From positions 1 to 64,000 of the IMG/VR virus record IMGVR_UViG_3300035670_000150: 64,000 nt of DNA. One strand, written 5' to 3'. A program made the translations under genes and the position numbers. The notes beneath the pieces were generated by a model. That model saw nothing but the letters and a program-made list of their open reading frames with translations, searched no databases and was not told where the DNA came from. The stretch is from a virus. Below, piece by piece: positions 1-8,500 of the stretch. Within the stretch, counting starts at the first letter, position 1, and every line of letters starts with the position of its first letter.

Positions 1-2
1 GT

Positions 3-2507
3 ACAGGAGCTGCTTATGGTGTAGCAACAACTGCGGTCAACGGTTTTATGTCTGCTGCGGATAAAACTAAACTAGATAGTGTTGCTTCAGGGGCTAATAA
101 TTACACCTTACCTACTGCAACTTCGAGTGCTATTGGTGGGGTTAAAGTAAGTGCTACTGCCCAAACAGTAGCTGCTAATGCTGTGTCAGCTACTGCAAGT
201 AGAAGCTATTCAATACAGTTGGATGCTTCTGGTAACGCTGTAGTAAACGTACCTTGGGTGGATACGAATACTGTGTATACTCATCCAACCTCGGATGGCA
301 GCTTGCATGTTCCTGCTACTGGTACAGTAAGCAATGGTAAAGTACTTAAAGCAGGTGCCACTGCTGGTAGTATGTCTTGGGGGAGTTTAACTGCTGCTGA
401 AGTAGGAGCCGCAGCTACTACGCATACCCATGCTTGGAGTGATTTAAGCGGTATTCCTATCTATGCTACTCGATGGCCTACAGTAGCTGAGATTGGAGCT
501 GCTGCCTCTAGCCATACCCACTCTATAGCTAACGTTACTAATCTTCAATCTGAGCTAGATGGAAAACAGCCTATTGATACTACGATGGGGGCAATAGTAG
601 GTGCCAGATACTTAACTGCTGGACAAGGCGTTCTAGGAACCAAAATTAGACTGCCTTTTACTACCAATTCAAGAAAAATGGTATGTTTCACAGTACGGGT
701 ATACCAGTCATATGGGGCGTATGATATTCAATTTAGCGGGTATCTATATGAAACCCCTAATCAGTGGTATTCACCAAGAGCAGTTATGATTGCTGGTAAT
801 GGTGCTATCGCTGTCAGAATGGGAAGAGATACAGATGGCGTTGCTTATGTATGGATTGCAGGAGGCTACTACAGGGGTGTAGCAGTACTTGATATTGTTG
901 GCGGGTATATGCAAGGAGATTGGAATAGTGGTTGGGATATTACTGAAACAGATACCACCCCTAACTTAGCGTTGGATTCTGTAGTATACCCCCCGTATTC
1001 CCCGCATAATAAACCGACTCCATCTGATATTGGAGCCTTACCAGCAGGTTCAAATGCTGTATCAGCTACTAAATTACAAAGTGCTGTTACTATAAATGGC
1101 GTAGCATTTGATGGTTCTTCAAATATCACTATCACTGCTGCAAACCCTACTACATTAACTCGTGGTACAGGTTTAACAGGAGCCAATTATAATGGTGCTT
1201 CTGCTACTACTTGGGCAGTTGCTTATGGTACTGCTGCGGGTACAGCTTGCCAAGGCAATGACTCAAGATTAAGCGATGCTCGTACTCCGTTGGCTCATAG
1301 TCATGGGGTAGCAGATGTTACTGGGTTGCAAGGGCTACTAGATAGTAAATATAGTTCAGGCAATACCAATATAGGTACAGGGGCTTCCAATTATGCAGCA
1401 GGAAACCACTTGCATACTGGTGTATATGCCCCTGCTGCACATACCCATGATTATGCACCTTCAGTGTCCGGTACTTTATTAGGTAATGACTCTACAGTCG
1501 CTTACGGAAGACAAGGTCTGCAGGTGTCTAACTTCAACGGAGTAGGCGGTACGGGTGCTAACGGTACGCAGCTACCAAACCCTACGAACGATTGGTACCA
1601 CCATATTACGCTGAACCATGCTAACGCAGGTGGTTATTACGTGGATATCGCAGCTTGCTTCCACTCAGATATTCTTGCATTTAGAAGAGTGTCTAATGGA
1701 GCAAACTCTGGCTGGATGACTATCTACCACACTGGTAACAAGCCTACCGCCGCAGATGTAGGTGCTGCTCCAACGAACCATACTCATAGCTATGCACCTC
1801 TGACAGGTGCGGGAACAAGCGGTACATGGCCTATCAGTGTTACAGGTTCTAGTGCTTCTACAACGGGGAACGCCGCTACTGCAACTGTATTGCAGACTGC
1901 TAGAACTATCAACGGGGTTAGCTTCAACGGAAGTGCTAACATTACTATTACTGCTGCTGCAAATGGAGGTACATCTGCTGCATGTTCTGGTAACTCTGCT
2001 ACAGCTACGCTAGCTTCTACAGTCGTAGTGAATGGTAGTGCAGATAATAATTTCTACGATATGTTATGGAGAAGTGGGAATACGGTTTATGCAGCAAACT
2101 CCAGTAAAGCTACGCTTAACCCTGCTACAGGTGATATGCGTTTAGGAGGGCATGTATCCTTTGCCTACACCTCAGATGAAAATCTGAAGTCAGGTATTCG
2201 TGAAATTGATAGTCCACTTGCTAAAGTGTGCTGTCTACGCACTGCAACCTACATGAAAAGGAGTATTCTTGAGGGTGAAGATGGCAAGTTTACCTACACC
2301 CCTGAAACTGGATTCATTGCTCAGGATTTAGAGAAGGTTATTCCTGACCTTATCCAAAACAATGACCATGGTTATAAGACCATTAAAGGGGGTGGATTTG
2401 AAATTGAAGCTCTCTTGGCTGGGGCAATCAAGGAACTTAAAAAGCAGCATGACGAAGAGATTGCTGCATTGAAAGAACAGATTGCCGCACTGATGAAGCT
2501 GATTTAA
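3..2507 (+). CDS. Tail fibre protein with C-terminal intramolecular chaperone (peptidase S74-like); 5' truncated
   Basis: Frame is open from base 3 (TGAAYGVATTAVNGF precedes the listed Met). Ala/Thr/Gly-rich, HxH repeats, two TINGVxFxGSxNITITA repeats, SDENLK...GFIAQ chaperone motif and terminal coiled coil. Confidence 0.88.
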   Translation, partial: TGAAYGVATTAVNGFMSAADKTKLDSVASGANNYTLPTATSSAIGGVKVSATAQTVAANAVSATASRSYSIQLDASGNAVVNVPWVDTNTVYTHPTSDGSLHVPATGTVSNGKVLKAGATAGSMSWGSLTAAEVGAAATTHTHAWSDLSGIPIYATRWPTVAEIGAAASSHTHSIANVTNLQSELDGKQPIDTTMGAIVGARYLTAGQGVLGTKIRLPFTTNSRKMVCFTVRVYQSYGAYDIQFSGYLYETPNQWYSPRAVMIAGNGAIAVRMGRDTDGVAYVWIAGGYYRGVAVLDIVGGYMQGDWNSGWDITETDTTPNLALDSVVYPPYSPHNKPTPSDIGALPAGSNAVSATKLQSAVTINGVAFDGSSNITITAANPTTLTRGTGLTGANYNGASATTWAVAYGTAAGTACQGNDSRLSDARTPLAHSHGVADVTGLQGLLDSKYSSGNTNIGTGASNYAAGNHLHTGVYAPAAHTHDYAPSVSGTLLGNDSTVAYGRQGLQVSNFNGVGGTGANGTQLPNPTNDWYHHITLNHANAGGYYVDIAACFHSDILAFRRVSNGANSGWMTIYHTGNKPTAADVGAAPTNHTHSYAPLTGAGTSGTWPISVTGSSASTTGNAATATVLQTARTINGVSFNGSANITITAAANGGTSAACSGNSATATLASTVVVNGSADNNFYDMLWRSGNTVYAANSSKATLNPATGDMRLGGHVSFAYTSDENLKSGIREIDSPLAKVCCLRTATYMKRSILEGEDGKFTYTPETGFIAQDLEKVIPDLIQNNDHGYKTIKGGGFEIEALLAGAIKELKKQHDEEIAALKEQIAALMKLI

Positions 2508-2516
2508 GGGGGCACT

Positions 2517-3071
2517 ATGGCAACTATACCAAGTACGAACTTTACTTCTGCCCAAGTCATTGAAGAGGCGGGCGGGAGTATCAGGTCGTTTAACTCTAAT
2601 GATACCGATGTGCGTACCCTAGCAGGGGTACTCACAGGAAGTTACTCGTCTGCCGATTGGGCAGGTAAATCTTCATTCTCTCCTTTTGTGCCTAATGCAA
2701 TATCATGGACTACAGAAGAAGCGACAAACATGGGAAGATTATCATTCAACTCTGGAGGAACTTATCAGGCTTGGGCATTATTTCCAGCCTACGGTGCAGG
2801 TCAGGGTGCATGGACAAATGTGGCTAATGGTACTCAATTAAAGATTAAAGCAACATTTCCAACTCCTGGGCACACTGATTTTGAAGTTAGGGTTACTAAT
2901 GGAGGAGTTCAAGTTGTTGATCCTATGGTTAGCGGCCAAGAATATACCGTAGCGTTTAATAATAACTTAGTATTTGAATTTTTCTCAACATGGTGGGATG
3001 GCGAACCCCCAGCTGATTTTATTCTTACTATTAATGGTCAACAGTTTAAAGCTACTATTATCTCAGCATGA
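2517..3071 (+). CDS. Putative tail fibre tip adhesin / receptor-binding protein (gp38-like arrangement)
   Basis: Directly follows the chaperone-bearing fibre; N-terminal VRTLAG...SSADWAGKS attachment-type segment; Trp/aromatic-rich beta C-terminus; RBS GGGGG. Confidence 0.55.
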   Translation: MATIPSTNFTSAQVIEEAGGSIRSFNSNDTDVRTLAGVLTGSYSSADWAGKSSFSPFVPNAISWTTEEATNMGRLSFNSGGTYQAWALFPAYGAGQGAWTNVANGTQLKIKATFPTPGHTDFEVRVTNGGVQVVDPMVSGQEYTVAFNNNLVFEFFSTWWDGEPPADFILTINGQQFKATIISA

Positions 3072-3080
3072 GGTTAAATT

Positions 3081-3422
3081 ATGAAAACAATTAAGGTGCG
3101 CTGTATTAAAGGATTCTCTGGATTCTTTATTAACTTATTTGCACTACTGTTCAGCGGGATTTCATGGGGACATCTAGCTGGATGGGCAAGTGCTTGGAAC
3201 ACTATCTATATCCGTAAGGATAAGATTGGTGATACTAAGCTTATTGCACATGAACTCTGCCATATTCACCAGATGAATACTCATGGCAAGTTTAAGTTTA
3301 TGCTGCTGTATGCTATTGAGCAATGTAAGGTAGGGTATCGAAATAATAAGTATGAAGTGGAAGCTCGGGCAGCAAGATTGCAAAACTTCCTTGGTATTTA
3401 CAAGGTTGAAGGCTATTTGTAA
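3081..3422 (+). CDS. Small HExxH zincin-like protein (DUF4157-like)
   Basis: AHELCHIHQ motif plus downstream YEVEA; RBS GAGG. Confidence 0.6.
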   Translation: MKTIKVRCIKGFSGFFINLFALLFSGISWGHLAGWASAWNTIYIRKDKIGDTKLIAHELCHIHQMNTHGKFKFMLLYAIEQCKVGYRNNKYEVEARAARLQNFLGIYKVEGYL

Positions 3423-3451
3423 TTATTGATTTAAATCAAAGTTCGAAGAAT

Positions 3452-3482
3452 AAGGGCACATTAAATAATGTGCCTTTTCTTT
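3452..3482 (+). terminator. Rho-independent terminator
   Basis: AAGGGCACATT-AAAT-AATGTGCCTTT followed by TCTTT. Confidence 0.75.
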
Positions 3483-3587
3483 ACTCACTCACAAAGTGAG
3501 TGTTTACATTTTATACTTTTTGGTTATCTGATAATCTTAGTCTGTTTGCAGTATACTCAACATTTTTAACCAAGATGAGGTGATACC

Positions 3588-4040
3588 ATGCCATACAAAG
3601 CCAAGTATTTTTCAGCGTTTGAATTAGTACCTAAAAGCTTGTTTGATTTACGAGGGGAGAAAGCAATTGAGCTGTTAGATAAGGAACTGTTAATTGCCCT
3701 CGATTATGTGCGAGAGTGTCTTGGTAAGGTCACGGTGAACAATTGGAAGTCAGGGGGTAAGTTTCAATTCAGGGGTATCCGTACTGCGGAATCCTCAGAC
3801 TACTCTGTCACTTCTCAGCACGCTTATGGCAAAGCAGTTGATTTTGATGTGGAAGGCATGACTGCTGAAGAAGTGAACCAATGGCTAATCGACAACAGGG
3901 AAGCAACGGAATTAAGAGCTATTAGCTTTATTGAAATGGGAATGAGTTGGGTGCATATGGATACACGGCCTGACGATAAAAATAACCTAACTTGTTGGTG
4001 GACAGATGGAAGAACAAAAGTCTTTAGCCGTTCGGTTTAA
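3588..4040 (+). CDS. Endolysin, peptidase M15 family
   Basis: R...SQHAYGKAVD and WVHMD zinc-binding motifs; upstream of holin and spanins; RBS GAGGT. Confidence 0.85.
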   Translation: MPYKAKYFSAFELVPKSLFDLRGEKAIELLDKELLIALDYVRECLGKVTVNNWKSGGKFQFRGIRTAESSDYSVTSQHAYGKAVDFDVEGMTAEEVNQWLIDNREATELRAISFIEMGMSWVHMDTRPDDKNNLTCWWTDGRTKVFSRSV

Positions 4041-4230
4041 CGAGTGGAGAGTATTTCCAAGACTGTTTTCCTTGCTTTTTGGAATGCTCCTTTATGATAC
4101 TTCAGTTTGGTTCATGGGATTGTCAGACCCTAATACACAGCAAGCATCCTTTGCAGCTTCGATGGTAACAGCAGCAGCAGGATTCTTTAAGTTCTACGTG
4201 GATTCAGGCAAAGCTCCCAAGGATGAGTGA
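4006..4230 (+). CDS. Holin (two predicted TM helices)
   Basis: 74 aa, two hydrophobic segments, charged C-terminus, lies between endolysin and spanins. Confidence 0.7.
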   Translation: MEEQKSLAVRFNEWRVFPRLFSLLFGMLLYDTSVWFMGLSDPNTQQASFAASMVTAAAGFFKFYVDSGKAPKDE

Positions 4231-4237
4231 GGGATAA

Positions 4238-4627
4238 ATGCTAAGTAAGTTATTAACTACCGAAGTAAAAATAGCCCTATCTTTGGTTTTGGCTATTCTA
4301 GTCATTGTATGGGTGAGCAAGCTTGAAAGGGATGCGTATACCAGTGGCTATAACAAGGCCATTGAAGAGTTTGCAGAAAAAGCCTTAGTGCAGCTCCAAG
4401 AAAAGGAAACCAAAAGGGCACAAGCAGAGAAAGAGCTTCTTCAGGTCAATGTAGCATTAGAGACTGAGAAAGCTAAAAAGAAACAGGTTATCAAAGAGGT
4501 AACAAGAGATGTTATTCAATATGTTCAAGTTCCTGACCGTACTCAGTGTAAGTTTGATGCTGATTGGTTGCGTATCAGGGAATCAGCAATCTTCATTGCT
4601 GACCCCAGAAGCCCACCTACTCGTTGA
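4238..4627 (+). CDS. Inner-membrane spanin (Rz-like)
   Basis: N-terminal TM segment, coiled coil and C-terminal Cys; overlapped by a lipoprotein ORF. Confidence 0.8.
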   Translation: MLSKLLTTEVKIALSLVLAILVIVWVSKLERDAYTSGYNKAIEEFAEKALVQLQEKETKRAQAEKELLQVNVALETEKAKKKQVIKEVTRDVIQYVQVPDRTQCKFDADWLRIRESAIFIADPRSPPTR

Positions 4628-4772
4628 GCCTTGCGTACTAACAAAAGAGCCAGTAACCACAAGTGATGAGGTACTGGCTCAGGATGTTATTAACTGGCAA
4701 TGCGCTGGTGACTGGTTAGATTCCTTACGTGGTTGGCAGGAGTGGTATAAGAGACAGGTTAACCTATTCTAA
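4509..4772 (+). CDS. Outer-membrane spanin lipoprotein (Rz1-like)
   Basis: Signal peptide with lipobox LIGC, in a different frame overlapping the 3' part of Rz; start may be the second Met (4521). Confidence 0.8.
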   Translation: MLFNMFKFLTVLSVSLMLIGCVSGNQQSSLLTPEAHLLVEPCVLTKEPVTTSDEVLAQDVINWQCAGDWLDSLRGWQEWYKRQVNLF

Positions 4773-5154
4773 AACTGCCTATCTGTACTTTAAGAGAATT
4801 GATGTCTTGTGATAAAGCTTCAATTCTCTTTTCTAATTTTGCTCTATCCTCTTGTTCATACGCCCTTACTGCTTGCATAGCTGATAAGATACTATTCAGT
4901 TGGATAATGGATTCGTTAAGTTTGTCTAGATTGATAGATTTGCTCGCTTCTTCCCTGTCGAGTCTCTCAACAATAGGCACATACTTACTGATAGTGGCTT
5001 TTTGTCTCGCTTCAATTTCAACTACTCTAGCGTAGGTTGAAGCTGAAGTATAAACGAACCCACCTACAGCGAAAGCAGCGGCTAAAAGTTGGAGCCAACT
5101 AAGCGTGAACTTTTCAATGGTAATTCCTTGAGTTGTCATACGTATGTATTCCAT
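4759..5154 (-). CDS. Membrane-anchored coiled-coil protein, antisense to the late genes
   Basis: One N-terminal TM segment (WLQLLAAAFAVGGFVY) then heptad-rich helix; GGGG RBS upstream. Confidence 0.7.
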   Translation of the reverse strand: MEYIRMTTQGITIEKFTLSWLQLLAAAFAVGGFVYTSASTYARVVEIEARQKATISKYVPIVERLDREEASKSINLDKLNESIIQLNSILSAMQAVRAYEQEDRAKLEKRIEALSQDINSLKVQIGSFRIG

Positions 5155-5268
5155 AATAGCCCCAATTGCAGTGATAGTTTACAGTTACGAGTAAAAGTTA
5201 ACAAATACTTATACTAAGATATTGGCACATTATCACACCATTTAGCTACCCATAAACTAGGAATTATC

Positions 5269-5562
5269 ATGGCTATTACTATCGAAGACACACTACGTTA
5301 TCCAGATTATTCCCCCATGCTAGATACTGTTATAAATATCACCACCTTAGAGTCTACCGAGGTAATTAAAGGTTCCTCTTTGAAGATAAAAACTAATCCT
5401 AGTGGGGCTTTCTCTTCTCAGTTATGCACGGGCAAATTTGCTATTGAAATTAAACCTTGCTCGGGAGTGCGTTATGCAGAGTTTGTGGTCGAAGTTACAG
5501 GTGCCACACCTTCTCCTATCACGCTCATTGACCTTATCAATAACCACTCTGTAACGGTTTAA
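5269..5562 (+). CDS. Stand-alone tail fibre N-terminal (attachment) domain protein
   Basis: Resembles the N-terminus of the next gene (IKG...TNxxGxFS/YN...G; TPSPITLIDLIN vs TPPVLTLEELMN); RBS AGGA. Confidence 0.6.
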   Translation: MAITIEDTLRYPDYSPMLDTVINITTLESTEVIKGSSLKIKTNPSGAFSSQLCTGKFAIEIKPCSGVRYAEFVVEVTGATPSPITLIDLINNHSVTV

Positions 5563-5577
5563 TATTCGGGGTATTTA

Positions 5578-8500
5578 ATGGCTACTACTATCACAGGGAT
5601 TCTAAAACCCTTCGGTATTCCCATAGCTAATGCGGTTATTAGGGTGACTAGCCTTAGTAACGATGGCACTATCAAAGGGGTGTACCTTACTCGATGCACT
5701 AACGAGAATGGTGAGTATAACTTCCATCTCGAAAATGGTGTCTACTCGTTAGAGTACAGACAGCTAAAGGTAATGGTGCCAGTGGGTAACGTCTATATTA
5801 GTGACAATACCCCTCCTGTACTCACACTTGAGGAGCTGATGAATACTAGCTCCTTGGTTCCAGTACCTGATTTGCCAACCACGGATGCTGATTGGGATGC
5901 TCTATTGAATGAGCACAATTCCAATGCAGAAAAGAGCATTGATATTAACCAAGCTACTTCAGGGGATGCAGCTTCTATCGACTACGAGGAAGCTTCGAGT
6001 ACTGCTAATTCATTTTTAGGTCGGGCAGTGGATACGGTATCTACCCCTATCGGTAAATCCACTAAGCAGGTTATAGAGTTCTCCAAAGGCTCTAATGCCT
6101 TGGCTAAAGAGGTAGATACCCTTACAGCTAAAGAAGCCGTTATGGAGTCATCCAAGGCCATTTATGCGGATGCTAATTACACCTTCGATATTAAGAGCAC
6201 CCTGCACCTTCCTGATTTGGAATTGGTAGACCGTTTCCAGAAAGTGAAGGAACTTAGTTCCTATTCAGTTAAAGACCATGAACGCATAGCTTTTGTGAAT
6301 AGCTTCCTTGAAAAGCAGCGTACCGCTACAACTGACTTAACAGGCAAGGTAACTAAGCTATCTGAGAGCCGTGGTGACTCTGTAACGGATAATTTCGTAG
6401 AAGCCTCAGTAACCACATCAAGAAATATAGAAACCTCTTACCGTGATTCTGAGGGCGTTCTAGTGAATGCTCCTAGAATCCTCGAAGAAACCTCCACTTT
6501 GGTTGATGGTGGCACTAACCACTCCAAGATTACCCAAGGGTATGAGCAGCGTATTACCAAGGATGATGAATCACTTACACGGTGGTATCAAAAGGTCACT
6601 ACCTATTTAAAGGAAGGGCTTGATGAGATAACCAACAATGGCTTTACCTCTTTACGTAAGTTCATCTATGACAAATTGCAATTTGGTGATGTGCTGTTTG
6701 TGGATAACGTTAAAAAAGAGGTCAAAGTACAGGGTAAGTTAATTATTGAAAACAGGGAAGATTTTACAGGGGATACTATTTTTGAAGTATTCCAATACTC
6801 TGTTGATGGCGTGACTTTATGGCATGACATATTTGCCATAGAAGACAGATGGCGTAGGCATAACACCTCAGTTAATGGCTATGTTGACCCTTCAAAATGG
6901 TCTGCTCCTTACTTGCTTCAAGCGGAGGATGGGCATGAAGGGGATACTCTGTATATTCAATACCGCTACTCTGCCAATATGGTTAACTGGCACGCTACTT
7001 TTGTGGATGGGGATATTTGGAGACAGGAGCGTATCATTGAAAACGGATACCCCATTACAGAATGGTCTACCCCTGCAAGAATCATTGGTGCTGATGGAGT
7101 GCCCGGGGATACGGTAACTATTGAATACCAGTACTCAATTGATGGTTTAGAGCCTTGGCATAATAACTTCAGTACGGGAGACCACTACAGGCGTGAAAGG
7201 TTAATCACCAATGGTGTTGCAGGTGCTTGGTCACAGCCTGCTAAGTTGGTTCCTGAAAAGGATGTGGATTACACCGATGGTAAGGATGGTAAGGATGGTA
7301 TCAATGGTGCCAAGTCCATCATCCTCCACCTGTACAAACGAGGTGATACAGCAGGTTCGATGGTTAGTACTGTATGTACATACAACTTTACAACCAAAAC
7401 GCTTACTGGGTTTAACAATGGATGGAGTCCTACAGTACCTTCGGGTAACGGTGCCATTTGGTTAACCGTAGCCACTGCCAGCTCTATTGGGGAAACAGAT
7501 ACTGTTGCTGCTAATGAATGGGCTACTCCTATCAAGTTTAGTGATGGGGGTAAAGGCGTTGCTGGCGTAGTAAACGAATATGGCTTATCTGCTTCAGCAA
7601 TGACTGAGCCTGCTAACTGGACTACTTCAGTACCTTCTGCTACGAAAGCTATGCCCTACCTATGGAACAGGGAAATCGTTACCTACAGTGATGGTGCTTC
7701 TGTTACAACTCCTTCGGCCATCATTGGGATGTTCTCAGAGGATGGTAGAGGTATTGCCAGTGTAACCGAATACTATTTGGCTTCTGCTTCAAGCAGTGGA
7801 GTTACCACGGCAACAACGGGGTGGACTACCACTATTCAGCATACCTCAGCAACTAAACGGTTTCTTTGGAACTATGAGGTAATTGCTTACACCGATGGCA
7901 CAACCAGTACTACAACCCCTGTTATTATTGGTACTCAGGGTGTTGATGGTAATGGGGTAGCAGGTATTGTGAACTATTACTTAATCAGTGACTTGAATTC
8001 AGGGGTTACTGTAGGTACTGCTGGATGGGCAACCAGTGTTCCTATCCCAACTAAAGCAAAGCCTTACTTATGGAACTACGAGAAAGTTACCTATAGTAAT
8101 GGGGCTATCGACAATACTCCTCCTGCATTGATTGGTACTTACAGTGAAGATGGTGTGAGTATTACAGGGGTTATTGAGTATTATCAAGTGGGTACATCTA
8201 GCAGTGTACCTCCTGCTAACCAAGCCTCTTGGCCTACTACTGCACCACTTACTACTCCTACGAATAAGTACCTTTGGAACTATGAAAAGATTACTTATAG
8301 CAACGGTACTTCTACTTCCACTGCTCCCGTGGTTGTTGGTGTGCATGGGGAAAAGGGTGATACAGGTGTAGGGATTAATTCAGTAGTGAATGAGTATGGT
8401 TTATCGGCCTCTGCTGGGACTGAACCAAGCACTTGGACTGCCACAGTGCCCACAGCAACCAAGGTATTACCTTATCTATGGAACAGGGAAATTGTCACCT

